64,000 bases of DNA from NCBI RefSeq assembly GCF_009914755.1, contig NC_060931.1. The stretch is one strand, 5' to 3'. Positions 39,913 through 56,771 of this stretch are shown one piece after another (positions within the stretch are counted from its first letter, which is position 1; each line of letters opens with the position of its first letter). This DNA is from the human T2T-CHM13v2.0 reference genome, Homo sapiens. Under the pieces are notes generated by a model. That model had not been told where the DNA came from. It did no database searches and was given only the letters and a program-made list of their open reading frames with translations. The translations under genes were made by a program, and so were the position numbers.

Positions 39913-40349
39913 TACACTATTGCTTCTAGGAAACCTAAAGAATCTTCTTGCACATCTATGTCCTGGTGTCTTCCCAGGTGTCCTTGAAAGGAAGTGGAGA
40001 TTAACTATTCCTTGGAATCCTCGCCACATCTATTACTTTATTATATCAGAATATGATAATATAATAATATGCCACTTTGTTGTTCTTTTATTTATACCCT
40101 TCCATAGCCTGTCATCTTGAAATAATATCCTCTGCTCTTTATCTTGAAGACTATAAAACTAATCTCTAAATTAAAAATAAATCTCCAACTAGCTAATTCA
40201 TAATGTACCCCAGCAGAGTAGAGAACCATTAAGAAAAAAGAGTCGGACCTAGCTAAGGCTAGAAAATGAGTGGTTCACCCTTCATCCCTGCCTGCCCCCA
40301 CCTTGCATGCTCATACCCCTGCATGCCCACACACACTTCCTGAAACCAC

Positions 40350-41310
40350 ACACTCACTTATTATATGAGTCAATAAGTATTTGGTAAGCAGCTACTGAGT
40401 GCCAGACCCTGTGATGGGAGTGATAAATTCAATGATGAATCCCACATAGATTCTATAGGAAGTTAATATCCTAGTTGGGGGAAAAGACACATATGCAAAA
40501 GTTGATCATTTAAGGTAGAGTATGAGACCTGCTGTATACATCCTTTTACAATAGACTATGCTTTGATAACACAACCACAAGTTATCAGTGAGTTTCAACA
40601 ATTCTTCTGCAGTAATAGTCCATCATGGGTGAACTCCCTGTTGCCATCATTTCTGGACTCAGACAGAAGAAACAGCCCTTTCTAAGACACGTTGTCCTCA
40701 AGGCAGCAGCACCGCATGGAGCAGCACAGAAAGCTCCTGCACACAAGTGGCCCACATCACTTCTTCTCACATTCCATTTCGCAGCCACAGGAGGTCACTG
40801 GCCATGTCTGATATCAGTGGGGCACCAGAGAGGAGCTTCCGGAATTGGCACAAGGGGAGAGAAGCAAATATTTGGAAATATAGTGCAATCCATCACACCT
40901 CATGACAGATGTATAAATGAAGTGCTTTGGGGATTTGGAAACATGAAGAATACCTCTAGCTGAAAGAAAAAAAAAGGAGGAGACTTTCTGAAGGAGGTGA
41001 TGCCAACCTGGGCTTTGAAATTTTGGCAGTGGCAGTGGGGATGAGAAAGGTGGAAGAAGGAGGACTGGGAAAACCTGCGGCCATGGAGGCAACGTCCTGG
41101 GAAATACTGTGCAGTGGAGCAGAGGATGGAAGAGGAAACTCATATAAATGAAGTTGAAATATAATTATGGAAGGCCTGAAATTCTAGCTAAGATGTCAAA
41201 ACTTCACCGTAGAGGCAATGAGTGAGGAGCTAGGGCTGAAAGTGACAGGGCAAGTGACATGGAGAGAGTCATGCTACAGACAGATTCATCTGGTCTGGAA
41301 ACAGTGCTTG
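40350..41310 (-). mobile_element. L2 LINE, split by an MLT1 LTR
   Basis: caataagtatttggtaagcagctactgagtgccagaccctgtg; ttctgaaggaggtgatgcc; gtagaggcaatgagtgag. Confidence 0.7.
40535..40898 (-). mobile_element. MLT1I/J-type solo LTR
   Basis: aagtggcccacatcacttcttctcacattccatt...gcaaatatttggaaatatagtgcaatccatcaca. Confidence 0.7.
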
Positions 41311-41339
41311 CAAAATAGCACTTGAGTTTAAGACCCCTA

Positions 41340-41342
<3 letters not shown>

Positions 41343-41384
<42 letters not shown>

Positions 41385-41386
41385 TC
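41343..41386. repeat. (TC)n microsatellite
   Basis: Read directly. Confidence 0.95.
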
Positions 41387-41835
41387 CTGATCATTTTCTA
41401 AGACCAGCCCAAATATCTCCTCATTTGTCCTTGAAGACTGATCTAACCCTGTCATGAAAAATTAATTGATTAATTGATCATTTTTCTTCATACCTACAGT
41501 CCTTTTACATGTTATCCTAAATTTGTGTGGGTTTGTCTGTGTGTGTGTTTGTGCATATGAATGTTTGTCCTTTAAAGAAATATGAGTTTTCAAACATCAA
41601 AGTCTTGTTTTCTACAATTTTGAATTTTCCATTATAGCTCAGAGCTACACACAGCTTTTTTTGTTGAAAAAACAGTTTGGATAAGGAAAGACAGAGACTC
41701 CATTTGAAGATTATTGCAACAGTCTATCAGTGGAGTGAAATTTGGAATGGAAAAGCCCAATGAAATATACTGATTAATATTTATGTATTTATCTGTGAAA
41801 ACCCCTTTTACTTTCGGTAAATTCTGAAGAGGCTT

Positions 41836-42142
41836 GGTTTTTTTAATTTATTTTTTCTTTTTTTTTCATTGAAACAATTTTTAATAGTACAAATACGTGG
41901 CATTATCTCTAATATAGGCCTGACAGTCAAGTCCTTTTTTTTTTCTGGAAGAAGGCCTCAAGTCCCAATCAATTGTCAGTAACAACGTTTTTATGAATCA
42001 ATGTAATAATAAGGGGTATTAATTTCCTTCATATTTTCGTTTTTAGCATTCTAGTCTTAAAGACTAGATTAGAATTTAGTTCAATTCTCCAGAAGGCAAA
42101 TCGTTTTACTTTTGCAGTATGAAAGAATCCACAAAAACACCT
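41836..42142 (-). pseudogene. 5'-truncated processed retrocopy (3' UTR only) of an unidentified mRNA
   Basis: Perfect 11-bp TSD tgaagaggctt (41825-35, 42143-53). Decayed poly(T) at 41838-41866. Minus-strand ATTAAA (41880-85) lies 13 nt before the tail. The body is not a repeat family I recognise. Confidence 0.75.
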
Positions 42143-42796
42143 TGAAGAGGCTTATTTTATATTTTGATATACTACCCTTTGCATTCCAAAGTTAACACTA
42201 CAAATGAAGCCAAATATGTCACACTTACCTAAGTCCAAACATCCATGCTTAGTCCAACATTAACTGAAAAATCTTGTGGGGGTAAAATGCACTCCAGTGA
42301 ATAGAAACCACTTCTCACAGCATGTCTTATGCACATGCACTGTAGGATGGGGTCAGTGGCAAAGTTCAAATAAGGAAGTCCCAAATCCTAAAACCCATTT
42401 TAATATCCACAAGGTCAATTAACCATAACCATTGTCCTGCCTGAAACTCCCAGTTGCCATGGATTCCTCACTAATGATATTTCTCCAGGGTCTTCTGGAT
42501 TTTGCAGTTATCTGCTTCATTAGAACCAGGAACTTGTTTGAGCCCAGAGAGAGCCTGTGTGGTGACGTTCAAGAGGAGAGGATAAGCCTGGGCCCTTGGA
42601 AATAATGCTGGAGGTGACTTCACTTTTCAACATTCTTTCTCTAAAGAAAATACCAGGGATGGTGTAGATTACAGAAATCCAGATGCTATATTTAGGCTGG
42701 AATGAAGGTTACTAAGGGAATTTCTGTCTAACTAGTATGGTGCAGAGGATGGGCTATATAGGCATTGACAAACTCTGTGACCTTCCTCTGAGTAGG

Positions 42797-43229
42797 TGTA
42801 TTTGTATGCAGGGGTTACTGTAATACATCATCACAAAATGTAGGCGTAGCCTAAAACAACAGTTCTGAAGCCTGGAAGTCTGACATACAGGAGTGAGTAG
42901 GGCCATGCTCTCTCTGGAACTTCTAGAAGAGAATCCTTCCTTGCCTCTTCTGGTGGTTGCCACCAATCCTTGACACTTCATAGCTTGTGGCAGCATCAAT
43001 CCAAATATCTGTCTTTGTCTTCCCATAGCTGTCTTCCCCCTGTGCCTTCTGTATCTCTATTCTCTCTTCTTAGGAAGACAAGAATCATATGGAATTTAGG
43101 GCCCAAGTGAATCGAATATGACCTCATCTTAACTTGATGACTTCTGCAAAGACCCTATTTCCAAATAAGATCACGTTTACAAGTTGCTGGTGGACATGAA
43201 TTTGGGGAGATACAATTCAACCCAGGGCA
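42797..43229 (-). mobile_element. MLT1B/C-type solo LTR
   Basis: agggccatgctctctctgg...gagaatccttccttgcctcttc...tctgcaaagaccctatttccaaataag. Confidence 0.85.
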
Positions 43230-43512
43230 GTGGATGTTTGAAGGAAGAACTGAAGAACACAGGGTGAATGTTTTTATCCAATGAAGCCAAGAGCCAGCCT
43301 CATAAAAGGCTGGCACATAACGAGCTGGAGATCTGAATTTGTGTGGTTATGTGAGAAGGACAAAGAAAAGTAAGAACTGAATGCCTATTCTCAACCACTG
43401 TCCTCAAAATTATTTCTAGGCTATTTGTGTACAAGTGAATTTATGTCCTATCTCATTCTAATGGACCTGAAGTTACAAAAGTTAGAAGGATTTTAATATT
43501 CCTCAAGGAAAT

Positions 43513-43668
43513 CAACATTCGTGAAGTACATACTAGGTGTCTGGCACAGTTCTAGATGCCGTGCACGTTATCTCATTAAACTTCCTTATCACAAGTAGCA
43601 ATTATTTTCCCAATAATACAGCTAAGGAAACTGAGCCTGAGAAAATGACTTCCTTTTTCCAAGGTTAG
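43513..43668 (-). mobile_element. MIR
   Basis: gtgtctggcacagttctag...ttatctcatt...aggaaactgagcctgaga. Confidence 0.8.
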
Positions 43669-45102
43669 TTGTACACATATTTAACTATTCTTTGTATTCA
43701 AATAGAAGTACATATAAAACACTAATGAAATTTATTCATACCATTTAATGGAAAGCATTATCTAGAGTCGCACTTTCTGCGGGTGATGGATCATGTTATT
43801 GTGATTTAGTTCACACATTATTTAGGGAAGAAATTCTCTTTCACTTCTTCATGACCTCCATGAAATCTCAATACACAAAGAGTACACAGACAGCATCAAT
43901 GGTGGAATCGCCCATTGGCTTTTATAAATCCTCAAATCGGAATTCACACTTTAATTCCAAGTAAGCTGGAAAAAACCACTGGAAATTATAAAATCCAACT
44001 CTAGCCTGAAATCTGCCACATAACAATCATGCCATTTGGGAAACTCAGTTCTCTCGATCCCTTAACTGTTAAACCCAGGTGCAGTGCTGATGTATCTCTA
44101 AAGACCCCTTCACTTTATTGTTTTATGATAGTAAGCATTTTCAAACTGCATTACCTTTTTAACACTTCTATGCAAAAAGCCATAATTGGTAAGAAATACA
44201 TTTTAATTCACTTTAAATTCAAATTCTTATTTGACCACAACCTGATTTCTTTCTGACCCATGTTAATTTGTGGGAAAGTGTGGAACCATATTGAGAATAG
44301 ATGAGATATTATATTCCTGAATGCCCACTACCAGTTGCACATTTCTTTACTGTTGATGCTTCTGTTTCTCAAATATTGTCTTTCTAGATGTTAAAATTTT
44401 TGAGCCTGTGTATACCTGAGAAGAAGGCACTTGCTGAAGTGTATTGTTTGTTCCTTGTGGGTAATGTTATTCCCTCAGGCTGGCTGTGAGACCTCCTCCC
44501 CATGGAAGAAAACCTTGGACCCATGTGTTTGGCAGATGATTAAAGCAAGCTCTGTTTAGAGGTTTTTCTTTTGACTCAGTAAAATCAGAGAAAAGAGAAA
44601 GAACACACTAGTGACTTTCCTCTCTACAAGGACTTTTCAACTTTAAGAATGTGGACATAATGACTCCTGAAAATGAGCACTTTGGATTCATGTTGGCGAG
44701 CAGGCCAATAAATAGCATTGCTGAAGGATCTGCCTTTAATAAGGCTGCATTTTATTTGCAGTTCTTGAATAGATCTGCTTCTTAGAAGTAGGATAAGATT
44801 TTTACAAGGTCTGGGTTGCAAAGAGTAAGTTTTACCTTGCCTTCAGCATCATTTGACCACCTAGGAATTCCAGCAGAAATTTACCAGATTTAAAATGCAT
44901 GGATTTAAATAGTTCAAAATAGACTGACTTTCCATCCATAATTTTTGAAAATATCCCATTAATTTTTTAAAAGGTAAATTTGTGACTTTATATATTATGT
45001 AATAATTATGTTAGTTTCACATGCATGTATTTGGGGATATGTACTGACCAGACAATTACTTTTAAAAGTGTTTTTTGTTTCGAAATTAAATTATTTAAAA
45101 GA

Positions 45103-45345
45103 AGCCGGCCTGGGCAACATAATGAGACCCAATCTCTACAAAAAATAAATAAATAAGATAAAAATAAAAAAATAAAAACAGGCATAGTGGCATGTGCATG
45201 TAGTCCTAGCTACTAGGGAGGCTGAGTTGGGAGTTGGGTAGATCGTTTGAGCCCAGGAGTCCAAGGCTGCAATGACCTATGATCCCACCACTGCAGTCCA
45301 TCCTAGGTGACAGAGTGAGACCCTGTCTGTAAATAAACAAATACG
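45103..45345 (+). mobile_element. 5'-truncated AluJ (the only plus-strand Alu)
   Basis: gcctgggcaacata...tttgagcccaggagtccaaggctgca; TSD tatttaaaaga (45092-102, 45346-56). Confidence 0.9.
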
Positions 45346-45412
45346 TATTTAAAAGAGAGAAACTATCTTATCTGTTTTGAGTCAGGTTTCTCAGGTGTTG
45401 GGATGTGCTTGT

Positions 45413-45432
45413 CACACACACACACACACACA
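45413..45432. repeat. (CA)10 microsatellite
   Basis: Counted directly. Confidence 0.95.
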
Positions 45433-47207
45433 GCTCCAACAATTCTAAGCATTCAGGTTGGAATATTTGGACTCATACTGTAGTACACAAAGACCCATCT
45501 TTCATGACCAGAATGAGTCAGTTATAGAAACTGATAATTTAAAAAATCCCTGGGGTCTCACAAGACACCATAACCACCATGAACAATTATGTAAGAGTAA
45601 GTTTTTAATGTAAAATCTGTAAGTAATAATAATATGGTCAACTCTCTACAGACAAATAACCAATTACAGGAATTAAGGTAATTTTTAAAACCAAAGAAAA
45701 TAGGGTGGCCACAAACTCCTTCTTGAAGAGAAGAACAATATAAAGAGCAGGCCAGGAGCTAGGTAGTAAGGAAAGTGTTGGGAGGGTGGTCAGTTGGTGA
45801 ATTATTAGTATGCACTGGTTAGTACTGTCAGACATTGTGTGAGTGCCTGCCCAGCCTCCTTGACACTGTCCCCTTGGCCGTCTGTCCTAAGAAGCTGGAT
45901 TTTCCATTTTTCTTTGAATTCTAAGGAAGGCTCTGGTATCCTTCCAAAAAAATTATTTAAAAAATAGCTCACTGAAGCTGGTTTTCAATACTTGCAATGA
46001 AAAGAAATTCACTCATCCTGAATGAGTTGCAGGAAGGCTTAGGCTGCTACGGTATTGCCTAGTGCCTCCTGAGTGGGAGCACCCCTCCGCCACTGTGACA
46101 GGCAGCTCACTCATGGCTCTGGCCCGTGCCTTCCAGTAGGAGAAAGTCACTCTGTGGAAAGTTGATTACTCCCACAGAGAATTTGTCTGTTGTGACACCT
46201 GTTTCCTGAAAAATAAGCTGGCCTCAGTCAACACAGTGAGAGGGAAGATAAGTGTTCCTCTTTCCTAAGCATCTGCACTAGTGCAAAGTTAATGCCACCA
46301 AATGTAAAAGGTCTTCTTCACTCTGTGCACTAAGTTCTCATTTCAGTAACCACATTATATGTATAATGGGCAGTTAAAATCAGTGCCACTTGAAACTCAT
46401 TTGGAATTTATGGCTTCCCCCAACTCCTGTTTTCTGGATTCAGTCTCAAATTATGGCTTGGAACGTAGTGTTTCCTACAGGAAAAACTTTGAAATGTGCA
46501 AGAGAAAAAAGGGCTCTTGGAGAATATTAAATATCTCTTACAAAACACCATGCTGATGAGTAAATGAGAGTGTAAATGAATCCAGATAAAAAGTATTGTG
46601 TTTCCATTGAAATACTCAGGGGCTTAAGAGTTAAGGAAAAAAGTTTTGTGGGGAAATGTGTTTTAGGTTATGCCAAATGTAAAACGTGTGCAAAAGGGTT
46701 TGAGATGTTTTTCCTAGATTAAGATGCCACCAGATTACCTCTTCTCAATAATTAGAAAATTAGACAAGTACAATTTATGTGTAAATTCAATGCAATTCAT
46801 GAGTATGAATAATGATATCAAACTACCATTGAGTACAGAATCTTTGCAGAATTGCCCTGGAGTAAATTCCAGACTCAAAAGAGGTTGTGAATTAGGCCAT
46901 GAAGAAAGAGATGCAGCTATTGACTTGCAGATTTTGATTTAGTTTTTAATGCGGCTTTTAAATTCTTTTGAATTTAGTCATTTTAAGAATGTGGATGGGA
47001 GAATAAAACTAAATAATGATTTTAAGTGGGCACCCAGGTCAAATTCTTATCCCTTATAATTCTAGAAGGGGACAAAACCAATTGGATTTTGGTATAGTGC
47101 AAAAAAATTCAGATGATGTTGAGTCACATGTGTGGATCTACAACTGATTGTTCCTTATCTGTTGACACTATCCAATACATTAAATTCTTTGGTGTCTTAT
47201 TTTCCTT

Positions 47208-47518
47208 TTATTTTTATTTTATTTATTTATTTTGAGATGGAGTCTCCCTCTGTCACCCAGGCTGCAGTGCAGTGGCATGATCTCTACTCACTGCAACCTC
47301 CGCCTCCCGAGTTCGAGTGATTCTCCTTTCTCAGCCTCGGAGTAGCTGGGACTACAGGGGTGCACCACCACACACTGCTAATTTTTTCTTGTATTTTAGT
47401 AGAGACGGGGGGTTCACCATATTGGTCAGGCTGGTCTCAAACTCCTGACCTAAAATGATCCACCCACCTCGGCCTCCCCAAGTGCTGGAATTACAGGTGT
47501 GAGCCACTGTGCTCGGCC
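47208..47518 (-). mobile_element. AluS (Sx-like), inserted in a MIR remnant
   Basis: Full dimer with (TTTA)n tail. Confidence 0.93.
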
Positions 47519-48087
47519 TGGTTTTACTTTTATATCATTATAGTGGGCACTTTTGCCCAGTGTCCATAAGAAAGTGACACCATGAGCAATTGCCACTTTC
47601 TCCCCAACTAATCTCTGTAGAAATTTTCTCTGTAGCTGACACTGCACTATTTGTTTGGAGATACACAGATGGATATTCCTAGCTTCTGTTCTCCTGAAGC
47701 TGATGATGTCAGAGAATCAAGAAGACACACAATAATCAAATTCAATATATGACTGTTCTGAGAGTTCCAGAATAGAAAACAAAACAAAACAAACACCATG
47801 GGAGTCCAGAAAAGGATATGAAAGTAAATTTATCTATTCTATATCTTTGATAAAGCTTCTTGTAGAAGTTTCATCCACACATACATTGTCCTCATTTTTT
47901 GAACTCTTTATTTTACTACCATTTAAATAACATTGCCAATTGTGCAGTCATGCTCCCTTTGTAAGTCTTTTGCATCTATACATTCTGGTCCCTATCAAAG
48001 CTCCTTGGCTATAATATAAATTTCAAGTATTATGCTTCTTTGAATCATCTTCTATTGTTTGCAAACTGTAGCACAATGTAATAATTG

Positions 48088-51783
<3,696 letters not shown>

Positions 51784-52869
51784 TGTTTGTTAATTTTTTT
51801 AATGAAGCAAAGTGCTATTGTGAAACATATTCATTAAGCTTTGTAAATTATGTTATTAAGTCAAATGTGTAATTTTCAATGTAATAATTCACATTTCAAG
51901 AAGACCATTGGGCAAAATTCTCTCAGAGACAGACGGAAAAATTTTACCCCTGTGGAAATTCTCATGGGAATCTAAACAAAATTGTGGATGCTTTTATTTG
52001 GTTGGTAAGAATAATCCCACCTCAAATGTTTAGCAAGGCAGGGTGGTTCTTCCTAAATGTCCTGGACACTTCTGAAAGTACAACCCTTAAATGAAAATCA
52101 TACCCCTCACATTTTCATTATGACAAACATCAGCTCTGACCATAATTTGCTTGCAGTGTTTCCAAGCAAAATACAATTTTATGAGGGAATTGCAACGAAA
52201 AGAGGAGGTTCTTGCTAAGGATCCTGTGAAACACAAACTCCTCTGTTAGATCATTTTTCTTTGAGTTCTTACTCTAAACATAATCTAGTTACTTAGTCAG
52301 AGGGGTGGGTAAAGTCAAAATCAGACCAATTTTAGTCTAATACCATCAGCAAGAAGAAAGAGGTGCTGGGATCATGTGGGTGGGCTTTCAAATTGCCTTT
52401 TCAAATGGTTTCCCTGACAAATGGCTGGAATCCAAGCGAATACACATAAAGGAAGTATCAAAATAGCAGTTCCAAAAGCTCCCAAATAGGGACTATTTAT
52501 GGGCCATTCTGAAATGCTGTAGCTGACACCAATTACAATGAGACCATGCTTTTGAGAGTTGGCATGAAAATAGAATGTCAACCTTTAGTGTGATTTTTAA
52601 GGCTGAAAAAAGTGCAGTGATGTAGAAGCTACTTCTCCCAAGGCAGAAGGTACCTCTCAACATGGTACTGCTGGCAAAGTGAGGAACCATTGGAAAGAAA
52701 TCCCTTTGGAGTGGAAAAAGTGAAAAGATACCATTTCCTTGAAACTGAGAAATTCTTTGAATTTATAATTCAGATTGTCACATGTGTTAACTAGCCCTAT
52801 CTTTATATTTCATAATCTCTTAGAGAATTATCACTATGTAGCACTTGTATGGTGTATCATTAATTTTTT

Positions 52870-53660
52870 CTTTAATCCAACACTCATTGAGCATCTTCCA
52901 CATGTCAGCCATTATGCTAAAAGGTGGGAATGGAAAGATAATTAAGATATAGACCCTGACATCAAGGTGTTTACTGTCTAACAAAGGAGAGAGATGTCCC
53001 CCAAGATGACTATTCTAAAAAGATGAGTTCTGCTAACAGAGTTTCTCAATCTTGGAACTATTAATATTTGGGGCTGGATATTTCTTTCTGTGGAGGCTAT
53101 GCTGTGCATTGTAAGATGGTTAGCAGCACCCCTGGCCACTAGCCACTAAATGCCAGTAGCACCCTCTCAGTGTGACAACCAAAAATGTCTCTAGACATTG
53201 TCAGATATTCCTGGGAGGCAAAATCTCACCTGGTTGTGAACCACCATGCTAAAGCACATCCAAGGAATTTTGGAAAGACAGAAAATGGAGTCCTTATTTC
53301 ATGTAGGGAGTCAGAAAAAGCGTTTTTTGAGTTAAGCTCTAAAATTTATTTATTCAGCAAATATACTGAGCATCTACCAGATGTAAAGTGCTAGATTATT
53401 CATGAAGTGATTTAGGAGTTTCCTAAATAGTGGGAAGAGTATGTACCCAGAACAGCACCATATGTTCAGAAAACTACAAGGTGTTTGATAGCTATGGCCT
53501 GTGATATATGGGATGGTCAGTAGGAAAATGAAGCTAGAAACTAAAAATGCTCCAGTTTAAGAAAAGCCTTGGGCTTCATGCCAAGGGGTTAGGAGTTTGG
53601 GGTTTACCCTGTGGATGATGAGAGGTTACTAAAAGATATTAAGCAAGAGATTCTTATGGA
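52870..53660 (-). mobile_element. L2 LINE pieces, split by MER20
   Basis: caacactcattgagcatcttccacatgtcagcc...agaccctgacatcaaggtgtttactgtcta. Confidence 0.7.
53037..53246 (-). mobile_element. MER20 (hAT-Charlie)
   Basis: tgccagtagcaccc...gtgacaaccaaaaatgtctctagacattg...ggcaaaatc; flanked by tgctaa on both sides. Confidence 0.9.
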
Positions 53661-54957
53661 TGAATCACATTGACTGTTACACAGTTGGTAAAGCAGTCTA
53701 TTGAAAAGTCAAACATCCTGTCAACTACTACCTGCCCTACAAAAAATGACCATTGTGTCTGAGTTTCCTCACTGAATGAATCTCACAGATGATCTCTCAG
53801 AGCTGAGTTTCCTGGGTTTACAGATCCTTAAGGAAAATTCATTTCTGCTCCTTCCTATGGAAGACTTGCCTTTCCAATAGCTGTGAGGTGCAACATTATT
53901 GCCATGTGCACTAGAAGTCCTGCCATCCAAGCTGGAAAAGGAAGAAACATAGTTGGAGGAAAACCCCAAATGGATAAAGCAATCTGCAGAGCCTAACTAT
54001 TTTACCGATGCCCTAATTTCTAACTTCCAGAATATACATTTTTATTTTTGAAAAGCAAACTTTGCTGCTTGAATCTAGTTTGGATCTAGGTGGTTTGGGG
54101 CAGCCTGCCAGGCTCACAGATTAAGTGAAAGTCATTACAAAATGTTTTTACGCACATGGGAATCACAGGGATTGTTTGGTGCTAGTTTGGCTCTCCACCA
54201 TTAATTTTAATTATCTCAAAATGCAAACATGCTGAAATTTCCAGCAGATGACATTATTTTCTCCTTGACATCAGACATAAAAGGAAGAAAAATAAACATA
54301 CGACAGTGACAACATTAAGCTGGTAGGCATTTTTCTTTAATATTTCAAATTCAATTCCAGACCAGATTCTCTGTTTTGTCCTAGAGATTAGGGTAGGAAG
54401 ATTGTCGTCTTGGTCTGATGAAAGCCTTGCCTTTCCAGTTAGCTTAATTAAAGGAAAAAGGGAGGAAGCCAGGAGGAGAACAGTCTGGTTTAGATCAGGG
54501 TCAGAGGCTTGGTTTTTACAAACACACCACAGATTCTTGTTGTTTTATGTTTTCAACATTTTTCTGGTTCTTGGTAGAAAGTCCAGTTCCGTTTTCAAAA
54601 TGAACTAACCCCGTAGGTCCAGTGACTTGGCACTTTTTTTAAGTGTTTGGTGTTTCTGATGACAGCAGACCAGAGCCAGGAAGATTGTGTAGGTTCCCAC
54701 ATAGTCTCAGGACACGGAGAGATGATGGGTAGCTACCATGGTAAACTAGCAATGTGGGTACCCTAGTTCTCAAGGTCTATAACTAGTACCAGAATTAGAT
54801 CATTTATCAAAACTTTCTTACACCATTTAAAAATTAATGTGTAAATTCTATCTGCTGTGGAGACTATGTTCATGCTAAGTCTCTTTACTTCCTCTTGCTA
54901 TGTAATATGTCGTTTACTGTATATTACAAGAAATGCTAAGTGTGTTCAGCTATATAC

Positions 54958-55093
54958 CTAGGGTAACCAACTCATCCTGACTTGTCTGGGACTTTCCTCA
55001 TTTGCCTAAGACCTTTCTGGTTTTAACACTGAAAGTCCTCCATCCTGGGAAATCCCTCCATCCCTGGTAAACCAGGATAGTTGGTCACCCTAG
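54958..55093. mobile_element. MER94 (hAT-Blackjack MITE)
   Basis: TIR ctagggtaaccaact / agttggtcaccctag (14/15); internal ttttaacactgaaagtcc. Confidence 0.85.
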
Positions 55094-55278
55094 TTGACTA
55101 TATATCAATTGCATATATACATTATATAGTTGGTGGTTGAGAAAAGCTAATTAGTCACAGCTGTTTCTTATCAAATGAAAGAAGAAAGCCTTCTCACTGT
55201 GACCACAAAAGGCTAAAACACACAACTATATTTTACATGTGACTAACACATTGAAAATAACCAAATATTAAAAAGGCT

Positions 55279-55465
55279 TTTTAAAATAAATCAACTTTAT
55301 TGATAGTTTGTTTACAATAAAATGCATTGATTTCAAGTGCAAATTTCAATGAGTTCTGACAAATATATACACCACATAAACACCACCACAATCAAAATAA
55401 AAACTTTTTTTTTAATTTAAAAGTGCCCCCTTCCTAGTCCATTTCCCACCCCTCTACCCTGGCAT
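55279..55465 (-). mobile_element. L1M 3'-end fragment
   Basis: caactttattga...aataaaatgca...ttcaatgagttctgacaaatatatacacc. Confidence 0.7.
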
Positions 55466-56227
55466 AATTCTGTCATCAATTTTCTGCTAATAATTTGGAA
55501 AATATCAATTGAAGAAATTATTTTTAAGACTATGATTACTAAAAGAATTGATTCAGAAAGAAGAAAAAGAAATAAGCCAAAAACTATGCAATACATTTTA
55601 AAAGTTGGAAAACAGTGTCAGATGGTTTAAAGGAACTTAATTTTCAGGCCATCTGAGTTCCTATAATGCATAGAAAAGGATGGGTCAATTCTCAATTAAT
55701 TTTCTTAAGCTAGTAGTAAAATCTGACAATGAAATAAAAGAGGTCAAGGGAAGAGAGAGAGAGACTGAAACTAGAAGCCAAATGCATTTGTCAATTACAT
55801 GTAAAAAGTCTAAATCACATTATATCCACTCAATTTCAACAGTATATTAAAAGAATAATACAACATAATCTAAGAGATTTAATTCCAGGAATTAAGGAGT
55901 TATTTAATATTAGAGTTAACCTATTGGGGTAATATATAGATCAGCTAGTCTATCTTATCCCCCAAATCTATAAACTTAATGCAATTTAAATAAACTACAA
56001 ATGGAATATTTTTCTTGAATTTGACAAATGAATTATAAAATCAATCTGGGAGAACAAATAGGCAAAGATAGCAAATAAACTATTGGAGCGGGAATGAAGA
56101 AGGGAGAAATTGATCTGCAAAATATGAAGTATTATGATGAGAAAATTTAGTTCTGGTGCCAACATAGAGCAGTGGGACAGAATTAAAATGTCCTAAAGAG
56201 ATGTATACAAAGAAGGGTGGCATTTTT

Positions 56228-56771
56228 CATGTTTCTTGCATCTAAGGGAGCCCATGTGACAAGTTCTCGCCAATGGATGAAGAATGCTGCTTTCAGGCTG
56301 ACCTATAAAAGGTCCTGTAGAACCTTTCATGCTCTCTCTTTTCTTCCTCGCAGCTCACAGTGAAGGACCCTGAGAGGGCAGAGCCATGTGATGGAATGAG
56401 CCATGATCCCTGAGTCCTCACCTCAGGGAGAGATGTGCAGAAGAGCCACCCAAGTGGTGATGTGCTGGTAAACATTTAGTGACCCATTTGAGGTGTGGGG
56501 GGAGGCTCTAACTGGTAACATTTGTTAATTTCTGTAATGCATACTCCTACTAAGGCTGCTTTTAGGCAACCAACGTGATGTCACTGAACACAGTTTGGAA
56601 TGGATGCACATAATCAGTTCTCATGATCCAGGATGAACCAGCCCTAGCATACCACTGCCCCTAACCCACATATAACTGTGTCATCATTTAAAAATAAACA
56701 TATTGGGTTAAGCCTTTGAGATTTGGGGGTTGTTTGTTATAGCAACTAGGTAGTGTTAACCTAGCTAATAT
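56228..56771 (+). mobile_element. MLT1J1/J2-type solo LTR, split by MER63A
   Basis: gcccatgtgacaagttctcgccaatgga...ggcagagccatgtgatggaatgagcc...aataaacatattgggttaagcctttgagatttgggggttgtttgttatagca. Confidence 0.8.
56452..56657 (-). mobile_element. MER63A (hAT-Blackjack)
   Basis: agtggtgatgtgctggtaaacattta ... ccaacgtgatgtcactgaac ... agcataccactg. Confidence 0.8.
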
